Position numbers and translations under genes: made by a program. From Utricularia gibba (Eukaryota; Plantae; Magnoliophyta): a stretch of DNA of 64,000 nt. The DNA lies in contig NEEC01000010.1 in the NCBI GenBank assembly GCA_002189035.1, positions 930,001 to 994,000 of the forward strand, in the 5' to 3' direction. A model generated the notes under the pieces. The model made no database searches, was not told the origin of the DNA, and saw nothing but the letters and a program-made list of their open reading frames with translations. Shown one piece after another: positions 37,971-50,727 of the stretch (positions are counted from its first letter, which is position 1; the number at the start of each line of letters is the position of its first letter).

Positions 37971-40500
37971 ATGGCCTCATCATACTTCATGCCTCCTCCT
38001 ACATTCGATGGCAGAGGTGACTACGATGCCTGGGCGGACAAGATGTCTGTCCATTTAGACAATCTGGACCTCTGGGACCTGTTTGAAGAAAATGAAGAAG
38101 AAGAGCAAGCGGATACGGCTCAATCAAAAGAACGAAAATCTTCTTCTTCAGATATGGAAACTGCAGCAGAAAAGAGGCACAGAAAAAAGAGGAAAAAGGC
38201 AATGCATGCACTTACCTTGGCCATGACTGATGAGGCCTATGATCTCATTCTGGACTGCCGATCTCCTAAGAAAGCCTGGAACATACTGCGAAAAATTATG
38301 CCATGACAACAGAAAGGCGACAAAAGGAAATAGCAAAGCAGTGGCATATTCTCAACAACCTCAGCCTGAAACCAGGTCAGTCCATCAGTGATTTAACGCT
38401 CTCTATGAGTGCAGTGGCAAAGCGGCTAAAAAAACTGGGACAACCTGTTGACGATGGTAGAGTTAAAGACAAAATCCTTAAGTGTGTGGGAAAGGACTTC
38501 AGAGCATGCATTGGGATGCTATCCACAACTGGTCTTCTAACCACATACAACTACGAAAAATTGCTGGACACACTCTACAACTTTGAGCAAGTTTAGAAGA
38601 CATATGAAAGGCATGACGAAACTGAGCAAGCTTTCCAGGCAAAGTCTCAAAAAAGAGTTGAAAAACGAGGAGCATACCCTGAATGCCCACACTGCAAGCA
38701 GAGGAACCATCCAGTTTCGAGTTGTTTCTATAACCCAGATAAGATCTGCAACTTCTGCAAGGAGAAGGGCCACATCGAAAGGGTATGCAAGAAGAGATTT
38801 GAAGAAAAATTCGCACAGAAAAATGATGACAAGAAAGAATCAAACTCTACTGCATTGAACTCTGTATGCTATTTTTCTGATGCCAAGGAAGTCATTGATA
38901 TCTACAAGCTGCACAAAGACACATACTCTCAATCACTAACGACATCACAAACAAAGGAACGTGGCTTATAGACAGTGGATGCAGCAACCACTTAACTCAC
39001 AAATTCAGCGCATTCACAAGCTACAAGCCACTGAATGGGAAATCAATAGAAGTCACTGATGGACGACTAATAAGAGCACATGGGATAGGGACTGTACAAC
39101 TTGAAACTTGCGAGCACATACTAAAGATACAAGATGTATACTACGTACCCAAAGCCTCCCACAACCTTCTGAGTGTAGGACAGCTTACCTCTAAAGGGCT
39201 GAACGTCACCTTCAATGGAGCTCTTTGTAGCATATATTCATCATCTGGAAGACTTCTTCTTGAAGTCAAGATGGAAAGCAGAATTTTTCCTATAAGATTT
39301 CAAACTGATAAAAACCTAACTGACACCTGTTTTGCAGCTAAAGATGATGCCTCACTCTGGTACAAAAGGTTTGGCCATGTGAACTACTCCTCACTGGCTC
39401 ATGCGTCAAAATCCAACCTGATGGAGGGAATACCAAAACTGGAACAAGACCATAGGATATGCGAAATCTACCAAATCGGTAAACTCTCTAGACGACCGTT
39501 CGGAAAACGCACCTGGATCACCACCCAGAAGCTAGAGCTAATCCACAGTGACGTATATGGACCCATAAACATCTCAACATCTACAAGAAATAGGTATTTC
39601 TTAATTTTCGTAGATGATTACACTAGATACTGCTGGATATTTATCATCCCTAGCAGATCAGAAGTGGTGAACTGTTTCAAAGCCTTCAAGGCTCAAGTTG
39701 AGAACCAAAGCAGGCAAAGAATTAAGTACATTAGATCTGATAACGGTGGTGAATACATACCGTATGAGTTCACTGAAATGTGTGAACGAGAAGGGATTAT
39801 TCACCAGTTTACTGCACCCTACGAGCAGAATGGCGTAAGTGAAAGAAGAAACAGAACTATAATTGAAATGGCCAGATGTCTGATGTATGAGAAAACCGTA
39901 CCAATGACCTATTGGGGTGAAGCAGTCAACACCGCCGTGTACCTCCTGAATCGACTGCCCACCAAGGCACTGATCGAAAAGAAAACCCCATTTGAGATGT
40001 GGCATGGGAGAATTCCACGGGTTGATCACATCCGCATCTTCGGTTGTGTATGCTATACTCACATCCCAAAACAAAGAAGAAGGAAATTAGACAGGAAAGC
40101 ACTAGTAGGTGTCCATCTAGGATGCAGTGATATAACCAAGGGATACAGGGTATTGGACTTGTCGAGCATGAAAATAAGAATTAGCAGAGACGTGGTCTTT
40201 GATGAATTGAGAGCCTGGGATTGGAGTTCAGGTTACATTGAACCAGTACAGAATCAAGGAAAAGATACACTGGGCCTATTCCTCGAGCTCAAGGAAATTG
40301 ATGAAAATACATTTGAAAGAAAACACCCAAGCCAAGAGACAATCGATACACATGAAGCAGAATCAGACTCTCATCAGAATACAAATCGTGAACTTCAGCC
40401 AAATGTTGAAGGCAATTGGGAACCAACAGATAGTGAAAATATGGTATCAGACCAACAGATATTGACTTCTACTCATTACACGGAACCTGATGAGAGGAAT
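37971..40500 (+). pseudogene. pol: Copia gag-protease-integrase pseudogene (no RT)
   Basis: PTFDGRGDYDAWADKM..LDLWD, twin knuckles CPHCKQRNHPVSSC and CNFCKEKGHIERVC, WLIDSGCSNH, LWYKRFGH, IHSDVYGP and RSDNGGEY; frameshifts in gag. Confidence 0.9.
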
Positions 40501-40542
40501 TTATCTATTGACAGAAATAATGAAACAGAGGGTAATAGGTAC

Positions 40543-41196
40543 CATAACCTTGACGACCATACAGCGACGTCGAAATAGGCGAAGCATAATTGCAGGAACC
40601 TCGAAACATGCGGCCTAATAAACACTGCATCCAAAGACGGGAGGGATTAGAAAGCATTATAAAAGTCACAATGGAAATTAAATAACTTACAGGCTGTCCC
40701 GTTTCCCATCCGTCTATTTGGAGACCTGTTGACTTGCCCATGAATGACATGAGCAAGCAAGCCATTCACGTCTAGAATGAGCAACTTCATCACCCGTCGC
40801 ACGGTTCGTGGTACATGAGTTGAGGAGCGCTCTGCAGACTCCTCTCTGGTCTTGGTCTGTGTTTGAAGGAGCGCTTCATCGCGTTCCATGTACTTTCTCC
40901 TCCACTCATCCACCTCTTGATCCCGTGCCTCCAACTCCCGTTGCAATCGCTGGATTTCAGCTTCCATAGGATGAATCTGAGGTGGCATATCATGGGATGG
41001 CTCCCCATCGCCCAGATCGATGTCATCGTCGGGAGTAACCTGACGATAACGTCGAGGATCACGACTATACGATGCAGGCGCACCCCTTGTAAGCCGCTGG
41101 GAACCTAGAACATATCATTCAAAAGCAATACTCAAATTTGAATAACACGTAAAATTACATACCCTCCTCATCAGTGATCATGATGGGCATCGTATA
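40543..41196 (-). pseudogene. Copy B-inner: exons of the chimeric gene (coiled coil + first part of the NIF/FCP1-like domain) lying inside the copia element
   Basis: Exon 41104-40691 (...EAEIQRLQRELE...MKLLILDVNGLLAHV) and an 82-nt exon 40624-40543 (LFIRPHVSRFLQLCFAYFDVAVWSSR) with canonical GT-AG. Frames are open. Confidence 0.85.
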
Positions 41197-41295
41197 TGTA
41201 ACCAAATATATTTTTTTATACAGTTTTCTTCCAGAATTCTTGCCTAATCTCTCGAGCACTAAGGCTCCCAGTTAGTGAGCTACAGACTTCTTACA

Positions 41296-41949
41296 ATCAT
41301 GGGCATCGTATAACCCTTGGCCACCCAAGCTGACAATAGTAAATCACGGGTCTCCTTATCATATGCCCTCACGCCTAGGAGACAAAGAGATGAAATGAAG
41401 CCACATTAAAATTGAAATAGATGAACAAGTAAACAAAAAATATTACCTTTTATCTTGCCTGTGACACCCGGCTCCAAAACTCGAGGGATGCGATACACGT
41501 CTTCCAAAGGTGGACGTATCCACAGAAAAGTGCGCCACCATGAGCCGAATGACTGTGGGAACCCGAAGTGGATACCCGACCCCCGGAGCGGTCGTATCGA
41601 GAAGCGGCCATCGCGTAGAGCAATGACCTCTACAATTGAACGGAAGGCACGCAAATCACATGGCGCATCCTCTTCCTCACACATCATGATAAATGCTCTA
41701 ATCGTCCCTACCGACTGAGGAGTGATACGGGCGAGAGGCACTCCCATAGCTCGCAGCACTATCTCGTTGAACGAGTGAAGCGGGAGTCGAAGACCACATT
41801 CCATATGGCTCAAGGCAACTGAGAACCCAGTGGCACCTACTCTGCTAGGTGGCTCATCGTCAATTGTCTCCCATTCCTCCGGCATGAATAACGTATAATC
41901 TTCAGGAACATAATACCTTACCCTCACATTATCGACTACTTCTATCGCA
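41296..41949 (-). pseudogene. Copy B-outer: exon 1 (Transposase_28-like) and the start of exon 2 of the chimeric gene, disrupted by the copia insertion
   Basis: Exon 41949-41447 encodes RVRYYVPEDY..GLRLPLHSF..ITPQSVGTIRAFIMMCEE..SWWRTFLWIRPP..GKIKG with a phase-1 donor; exon 2 starts at 41374. Confidence 0.85.
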
Positions 41950-43944
41950 CTACAAGCAAATATAAATGAAAACTAGTTATTTAATTACAAATAATGTTTA
42001 AAAACAAGCAAATAAAAATTCATCTTTTGTTACACCAAAAATTTCTTTATTAAATTAAAAAAATTATTTCTTATTGAATGAATATTTTAGAAAAGAAAAG
42101 TATCATTTATTCCAATAATAAATCATTCTTAAAAAAAAAGAAAAATAAAAAACATTTTTTGTAACAATAAAAGTTATTTACATAGCAAATACTTGTTTAA
42201 ATGAAAAGTAAATCATTTCTTTACATAATGCATCATTTAATAAAATAAAAAGTTATTTATTTACGTAAAAATCATTTTTATAAAGACGAATCATTATCAT
42301 TGGATTAAAAAACGCTTTTTAGACAAATAATAAAGAAATCATTTCTTCAATTGACTATAAAAAATAAAATCTTACATGAACCTTTAAACTTTAAATCATT
42401 CCAAACCCTAAAATTAAATTCCCACCAATATCAGAATAAAAAACAATCCAAAAAACCTAAATTAAAGACATAAACAATTTTCGCACAAACCCATACCTTG
42501 GTTGCAAAAGAATTGGGCGGAACTTGAGTCGATGGAGGCTGCTGTGGTGGCGACGGCGACAGGCCCACGCCGGTCTGGGACTTCCCGCCAAACGGCGGTG
42601 TGAGGAGGAGGAGGAGGTGGTGGTGGTGCGGCGGAAGGAATAAGGGCATGGATTATTTGGTGGGTGGATTGTAGGGTTTACTTTAATTTATTTTAATTGT
42701 TTTACAAATTAATTTACTTCATTTCTAATACCCATAACTATTTTAATTACCATTAAAATACATCAAATAAAATAAATTTATTTATTTAAATAACACATTA
42801 CCCGTGGTTTATTTTAATTACCCACGGTAACCCACGCCCATCAGAGTGTAAAGTGTTTACCTTTTCTTATTTTTCTTAATTTGTTATTATGTTTTATATT
42901 TATTAGATATCTGTTTTTTCCATTTACTCGTTTTTCAAATAGATGGAAGTGTGACATATGAAATGAATTGTATAGGTTTTTTTTATCATATTCATATCTC
43001 ATATTAATTTTGTTCGCGATTTTTTTTAAAAGATTAGGAACCAAATATAAAATTGGGGGTGGGCAGGGAAAGCAGTGCAATTGAATTATGATGGGTATGA
43101 ATGGAGACTGAGAGCACCCATCCCTCCCGCATCACCACCGAAACCCTCATAAGTGTTTATTTATGGAAGACAAGAAGCAGCCAACCAGGCATTCATTGAT
43201 TTGGTTCCATTCCGCTTGCACATGATTATTATTTTAAAAAATTAGTAATAGTATACTTCACAATATTAATATAATATACATAATAGATATTTATATTAAA
43301 ATCTTTTTTGGAATAAAAAGCATAATATTGTATTTATATCATTTACTATATTAAATTGAATATATAATGCACAACATTAAATATCAACATGTTTCATTAA
43401 TATGTGATTTAACATTAAAAAAACATTCATGTCATGTCAAATAAAATTTTATGTCAGGATTTAAGTCTGATTGCAAATACTACCAACTTTGCTATGTTTT
43501 TGTCCAATAAATATACTTTATAAAATATTCTATTTATTTACAGAATATCAATTATAAAAATTGAGGACAAAAATGAAAAAAAAATGTAAGTTGTTTTTTT
43601 AAAGGAATAAAAATGTAAGGTGCACCTGAATCACTTGGCGATTTTTACCAAGATGGTGTAGCGAATTCAAAACAAGGTGTTTCTAGAATTGGCATTTTCA
43701 TAGCTGATTGGGTGTGTTAATGCAGAGCAAGATCCCCTTTGATGGACATAAAATTCTAAAGGTGTTGCATTCCTAAAAGTTTTTTCCATCAAATAAAATT
43801 TATAAAACTCAACAAGCATTCTGCATAACATTCATGAAGAAAATAATGCAATAGTGGCAAGTCTACATTGATCCACAAGGAGCAAACGATTTTTAATTAC
43901 AAGTCATATGCCGTAAGCAGGATTAAACAGAAGGTTTTTTCGGG

Positions 43945-44480
43945 TAATAACCATATTTTTGAGTGTTTAGGAGTAGTAAAATGTCTAATATTTTGACACA
44001 AAACCCAAGTTCTAGCATGAATTTCTATGCTTTTGCGACTAGTACTGAATGTTGCATGTTTTATTTCTAGTTGGGACTAAATCTATGATTTAGTCTCAAC
44101 ACCATTTTTAATTGTTTCCAGAGCAATGCAGCAATTGTCGGCCAACTTAGTTCCCTAGGAGTCGAAAAGAGCACAGTGAAATTGCAGAGGATATGAACAA
44201 AAAACTGAAGGAAGTACAATCAAATTCTAAGGAAGAGAAGAAAAGGATTTTGAAAATAATAAGGAAAGAAAAAATATCTCTTCATTGAAGAACATGAAAA
44301 ACAATTCTGGGAGGGAGATCTGGTAGAAGGGAGTAGCAGAACCATGAAGGACAAAGAAGATGAAACCATGATGCAAGCTCTTCGTTGAAGATTTCTTCTA
44401 CTCTTGAAGAACATTGTTTCTAGCTGAGACTAGTTCTAGTTTTCTTACGTGAACAATTTACTGCTTATGTTCTGTTATGC
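43945..44480 (+). mobile_element. Partial Athila LTR ('family 2')
   Basis: Aligns with the 5' half of 45515-46680 and 59345-60435. Confidence 0.7.
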
Positions 44481-44589
44481 CATGAAAGGAACATATCGGC
44501 AGAGAGTTCACGTTATCACACATAGCTCACGAAAGGAACATATCGGTAGATAGCCTGGCTCGGTTTGCGGGGGGGGGGGGGGGGGGGGG

Positions 44590-45490
44590 TTCATGATCTG
44601 AGAGAAGGAAGTGTGGTAATTCGGTTACAAGACCAACCTTCAGTAACTCTACAAGCGGTAAATCACATCTGTCATCAACCCGTGAATGATATCTCTCCTC
44701 AACTGAGCCCTCATGAGGATTGGATGGAACTATATATTCAGTTCCTACAAATGGGGAAAAGCCAACCGATAGGCTAAAGCCTCGAAAAATGGGAATTAGA
44801 GCATGAAGATATTTGATGCTCGAGGGAGCTCTCTATAAAAAGCTTTTTGTGGGCCCTTGCTAAGATGTATTGGAAGAGAGCAGTCTCAGGAGCCTATTGC
44901 CGATTGGCATGAAGGGGAGTACGGTAGCCATATCGGCATATGATCCCTATGCAAAAAGACATTGAGAAGTGGATATTAGTGGCCAACCATGAAGCATGAT
45001 ATTATGGACTTGATAAAGAAGTGAAAAGCTTGCCAATATCATGCAAGCGAACCCAGGAAACTGGTCAATGGCCTCACAATACTACCACTGTCATGCCCAT
45101 TTGACCGTTGACGAATAGATATTATGGGACCCTTCCCCCAGACTTCCAGCCAAAGGAAGTTCGTGCTCATGGCAATTGAATACTTCTCCAAATGGGTAGA
45201 GGCAGAAGTTGTGGCCATAATATCAAAAGAAACTGTTATCCATTTTTTGGAGGAATGTTCTTATCTAGTTTGGAATACCCCCAAGTTGGTAACAGACAAC
45301 GGAACCCAATTGGCAGGGGCAAGATGGTGCTTTCTTAGATAGGTATTCCATAAAACATAATTTCACCTCAGTATATTATTTGTAGAGTAACGATCTTACA
45401 GAAGTTACGAATTGGATGCTCAGACAAGGACTGAAAACTAAACTTGAAGAGGTAATGGGCGGACCGGCTGGATGAGGTTTTATGGTCATA
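44590..45490 (+). mobile_element. Ty3/gypsy Tat-like integrase fragment, degenerate
   Basis: GPLLRCI, HEG..GSHIG, GY*WPTMK, IDIMGPFP, AIEYFSKWVEAE and VTDNGTQ. Confidence 0.8.
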
Positions 45491-46879
45491 TCGCTGAGTC
45501 AAGAATATATATACTGATAACACATATTTTAGAGTCTTTAAGTGCAGGAAAACAACTCATATTTTGCTACAAAGCTCAAGTTTTATTATATATTTATGTG
45601 TTTTTGTGATTAGTGCTGCAGTTGCGTCTTTTATTCCTAGTTGGTACTAAATCTACAATTTAGTCCCAACCTTAGTTCTAATAGTTCTCTTAAACAATAC
45701 TGCGTATGTTAGCAACTCAAATACCAAGGAGTTGGATATGAACATTGCAGTGGCAGAAGATGAAGCCAAAGTTTGAAAAGGACACAAAATCCAAGGAGAG
45801 GAAAAAGTAAGATTTTGGACACAAAAGGAAACAAGATGGAGAGAGAAAACAAAGATCTCCCCATTGGAGAACAAGACGCACACTAGAGGGGTGAAAACTC
45901 GCAAGTACTTACAGGAGCAAAAATGAAGAAGGAAACTGAGGGATGAAGCTCATGCATGAAGACTGCCTTTTGTTTTTAAAGGATATTACTCCTAGCTAGG
46001 AGTAGCTTGCAATAGTTTTAGCTTTCTACCTAAAATTTTTACATTTTGTACTTGTTTACTTTCTGGTTATCAAACTATGATATGAGTGCAATGTGGATGA
46101 TGCTTTGTGTTTTAATTTCATTCACCTTAAACTTGGGGTGTCTTAGGACAAAAGAGGGAGCAATGTGCTAATCGATCCTTAGACTTTGTTAACCATAAAT
46201 CACACCACTTCCTTAACAAACTAGGATAGATCCATGAGGGGGAAGTAATGAAACTCATCGTAACAACCCTAATTAGAGGTAGACCAAAGATTAGGGGGAA
46301 AACAAGAATTAGGATAGACCTAGACTTTGTTTGTTAGATGTTTGATTTGTGATTTAGGTGAGAGTGTTTTAGAGATAAGTATGCATCCCCTGAGAGTCCT
46401 AAGGCATCATCTTATCTCATTCTACATAGAGTTCCGTTTTTACCTGTTTACTGCCTTTCTGCATGCCATACGAACTTTTTAATCCTAGCTCAGACTAAAT
46501 CTCTTAATGGTGACATCTACTAAATGCATTGATAATCACATAACAAACACCTACTCTTCGTGTTCGATCCTAATCACTGTGCTCATAATTGTATTATGCT
46601 TGAATGTGTATTAGGTTTATAAATTTTATTTGATAGAAGAATTTGTATTTTAATGACATTGCAAATTTTTTCGTTTATGAAATTGGCGCTGTTGCCGAGG
46701 AACAGTGTTCAATTGTTGTGATTCGGTTGATGCATTTGCGTTCTTTTGGTGCAAGTGATCTTGTTCTCTATACAGAAATCAAGAGACCTATCAGTAATGA
46801 TGTGACTCTCTAATCTAAAGACATTAGCAACCCATGAACAAGAGGTGATTTTGAAGTTTAGAAAGAAACCCACTCATGT

Positions 46880-47450
46880 CTACCCTCAAGAGAATGAATC
46901 TCTTGCAACTAGACTTTGAAAGAAAGGAGTTAGGAGCCACACTTCAGAAGGAGGAGGAATTGGAAGTGATAATCCTAGGATACCACAAGCTAAAAGCTTG
47001 ATAAGTCAAGAGTGTTCAAGCACTTAAAGTAGAGGAAATTCCTCACAAGATACATGAAATGAACTAAAAGATCCTCAAGGAGTACATCTCTTGAGTTCTT
47101 ATAGTCTAGAAGTGGGCTCTAACATTACTTAGTCCAAACTACATAAAGGGTTAAGTCCAATAGCACACATCAAAGTTGAAAACATGTTTTGGGCTCTAAG
47201 ATAGATTCAGCTTCAAGTAGTTGAACTCATTTGATGGTAAGTCTTCAAGCCCAAGTTTGCTTCCAATAGTGTTGAGTAGATCTTTGAGTGTATCTTCAAC
47301 CATCTTGCTCTTGTTCCTTGTCATTGGTCTTAGTGGAATGATCTTACCCTCCAAATTGTTCACTTGTGCAACATTCTCATCATTCTTTAAATACTCTTCA
47401 TCATCTTCCTGGGGCTCATCAAGTAAGAACCGCACAAGAGTGAGAGAAGC
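46880..47450 (-). mobile_element. CRM-like chromovirus 3' end and LTR fragment inserted in the Athila leader
   Basis: RPMTRNKSKMVEDTLKDLL resembles the CR motif (PMTRARAK) at the integrase C-terminus of centromeric CRM elements, followed by LTR-like sequence. Confidence 0.55.
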
Positions 47451-49640
47451 ATCAAGGTTGAAAAGACTCTCTAATGCAACTCAAGTAGATTTTATCATGG
47501 CAGAACAGGAGAAGACCATGAATGAGCTTGACGCAGTTGACCATATGTACATGGGTTTGAGCATCAGGTTTTCTGATGACATAGCCAATGAATTGAAGCC
47601 TGCTATGATTAATTTTCTGTCTAAGTACTATGGAAAAGTGAATGAAAACCCACACGAACTCTGGAACTTTTTTTATTTCTTGCAAAATTGGTGACTTGAA
47701 TATCAAGAGAGCAATGGCTGATCATGGAAGCCATTACTTTAACAAGGCTATGGAGAGATTGTTGAAAAGCTATGGAGTGTGGTACAAACCATCTAACACT
47801 TACTACCCTCAAATCAATGGGAAGGCAGAGGTTTCTAATTGAGAAATCCAACAAATTCTAGAAAAGGCTGTAACTTCCTCTCGCAAGGACTGAAGCTCCA
47901 AGCTTAATGATTCCTGGTGGGCAATTCGCACATCCTTCAAAAACCCAATTGGTATGTCTCCTTTTTGCCTTGTATATGGTTAACATTGTCATTTGCCCAT
48001 TGAACTAGAGCAGAAGGTCAGATGGGCAATCCAGCGAGTGAACTTGGAGATTCAAGGTAGTGGTTATTTGAGAAAGCTTCAACTTTTAGAGGTTGATGAG
48101 TTAAGGCACGAGGCGTACATGAATTCTAAGATCTTCAAGGAACACACAAAGTAATTCAATGATCGTCAAATCTTGCGAAAGCACTTTGAGCCTGGTCAAA
48201 ATGTATTGTTATTTTAGTCAAAACTCAAACATCACCTAGGTAAGCTGATGAAGTTGGACGCCCTGTGGATGCCGTGGAATTCACAGAAATTCCTCTTTAA
48301 GTGACCTTGCACTTAAGTGTTACCCTAAGACTTATTCTAGGGTCCTCGCTAGGAGGTAACTAGTATTTACTCCTTATATTTTCTTTATGCACTTTTATTA
48401 CCTTTCTGCAATTTCTCTTTATGCATTTTGTCTTATGTGCTGGGTTTCTTTGAAACTGCTAGCAATGTAGATTGAGGCTGATATTTTGCAGTCACTGCTG
48501 GCCTTGCAGGTGGAACATCTTCACACCCTTGCCTTCAGCACCTCTTTGCCCATCCCTGCACGGCAGCCAACCTCTGTTTCCGTTGCTGTGCCACCATGCC
48601 AATGCACTCCCACACTCGACGTCCTTTTGGTACCAGATTTGGACGATTTTGTCAATTTCTCCCTCACTTTGGTCCCTCCCTGCCCTTTTACCATGTTCCC
48701 TGCCTATGAATCGATGCACTCCTTCAACCCCACCTATGGTGACTATTTCTGCTGCCCCTCCACCATCGAAGCATTTCACGCCTAGCCCCTCTCAAACTCT
48801 AGACTACATTTATGCTTATTTCCTTGAGGGCAAGGAAACTCCAGAACCCCCGGAGAGGGTTATTTCTAAAACGACGGCCCTTGCTACTAGATCCGCTCCA
48901 AATGCTGCACCAGAAGCCACCAGAGCAATGCTCTACCAAGGAATACTTCGGCAAGATATATGACTAGCAAGAGAAGTAGGGCCAAGTAGTGTGTGACCCA
49001 TAGGACTTACAACATGCAGAAGCAGAGAGTAGCAGAAGACAACCTTCCTGCCAAATACTGGGAAGAGGAGAATATAGCCAGCAAGAAAAAGGCAGCGGCC
49101 GAAGCAGGCAAGAAGAAAAATGCAAAGAAGGATCATGCGACTACCCAAGTAACTTCTGAGCCAGTGAGAGAGGAGAATGCCTCTGCCCGTAGAGAGAAAC
49201 CAGAGAGGGCTATGAAAGAACAGAAGAAAAGGCCTCGAGAAGAGAAGGAGATGGGAACAATGAAGAAGCAAGCAAAGACTAAACAGTGGAAAGCGGAAAA
49301 GGGTAAAGAGAAAAAGATCGATCCCCATGCTGGATCCACTTTTTTTGCAGACAGAAACGTCACCATGGAAAATCAGGAGGACTGCTCCAGGAGAATGAAA
49401 AGAGAAGGGCGTGCATTTCTCAGTAGGAAGATACAGAAATCTTCACAATATATCTCTAGTTCAGCAGTAGAGCCCACAAGGAAAAACTGGACACAATTTT
49501 TGGAGCAGGGCCAAAACTAGTGCGCTGTGTAGATGCTGAAACTCTTCAACCCTTAGGCATTGAACAAGAGGTAAAGGGCAGATTGGCCAAAACTGCTTGT
49601 GCTAAATTGTATTATGAATTTTTCACTACTTTTGTATATG

Positions 49641-50727
49641 TGATAACACTGTTTTTATTTTATTTTTATATATGTTTTTAGGTGTGTTTTGTAGGGTTAA
49701 ATGTTGTTTAGTATGCTAAATTGTCTCCTTTTGTGTAATTAGTTTTTTGAAATATGTTTCTTGTGAAAACAGACTCAATTGGCAACAATTGAGCCGAAAA
49801 CTCTAATATTTCTTCTAGTCTATGTTTAAGTCTCAACAAGGTAAGAGCTAGTACTGTCGCAGTGCATTTTCCGCATTGACAAGTCAAAAGAGATAAAAAA
49901 GTCACTTTTTGCCGAAAGCAGCCACCCTTCTGAAAAAATAAAGTTTGGAGTAGAGATCTTCCTTCTAGAAGCTTGAGGAAAAGATGGAGCTACCCTTACT
50001 TTTGAGGGGGAAAAGTAAAGAGGAAGAGGAGAGAGGGAAGCGAACAGTAGCGGAGCATGAGCAAGGAGAACTGTGTGTCTCCGGCGAACGGCTCCGGTGA
50101 CCTTTAAATCTACATTTTTACACCAGCTTTCTACCCAAAACTTTGATTTCCAGTAGATCTACAGCCCATAGAAGCAGCCTGACACTTTTATTTGCGTTGT
50201 TGTCGAACCAGCTACTATTATGTTTCTGGTACCTTGTTGTGAACGAGAAATTTCCTATAGACCTCATTTTAGGTTATGAACATGATCTTGTTTAGACCCG
50301 TTGTGTTTAGTTTTAAGTTTAATATGCTATTTACTGTTCTTGCGAACCTTTGCTTTGCATATGGGCTCTCTTGAGTGACACAAGAGCTAGACCCTAGTGT
50401 AAAACACAGCCAAGTCACTTTTATTTTATGTTTTCTGCACATTCACATTAATTTCAGTGCCTTTTCACACCTGCAACTTGTTTATTTTAGCTACTGTTAT
50501 TTTATATCTTACACGCATGAGAGTTAAATCCCCAGAAACCCCCTATTTCCAATAAATGTGATCAACTTCAGGAAATTACAATTATTCCCTATGGATTCGA
50601 CCCTTACTTGCCACACTACTTTAATTTCTGTGATTTGTGTAGTAGAATAGATGGGTTTATAAATTTCTTTTGATGCGCTGAATGTTCTAGACCACAATAT
50701 TTAGTATTCCATTCTAAACATTCATCA
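49641..50727 (+). mobile_element. Athila 'family 1' solo LTR inserted in the env-like ORF
   Basis: TGATA...CATCA ends; perfect TSD ATATG at 49636-49640 and 50728-50732; the env-like reading resumes after it. Confidence 0.92.

Larger units (their letters stand above)
37454..41295 (+). mobile_element. Ivana-like Ty1/copia element with RT/RNase H and most of the 3' LTR replaced
   Basis: 5' LTR 37454-37875 (TGTTGG...TTACA, TATA at ~37756). Only its last 99 bp recur, at 41197-41295. TSD ATCAT at 37449-37453 and 41296-41300. PBS at 37876-37895. Confidence 0.88.

Noticed and set aside
41197-41295. A 99-bp mini-LTR/TRIM with a 14-20-bp target duplication
   Set aside because: The real LTR is 422 bp (37454-37875) with a normal 5-bp TSD ATCAT. 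The apparent long duplication comes from the captured empty-site copy.
44569-44589. Poly-G run of ~21 nt (also G12 near 57486) as a G-quadruplex element
   Set aside because: It lies at a junction of decayed retroelement fragments. Homopolymer length is unreliable and there is no supporting context.
48472-49366. Several overlapping hydrophobic antisense ORFs
   Set aside because: They are shadows of the Lys/Glu-rich env-like region of the Athila element.
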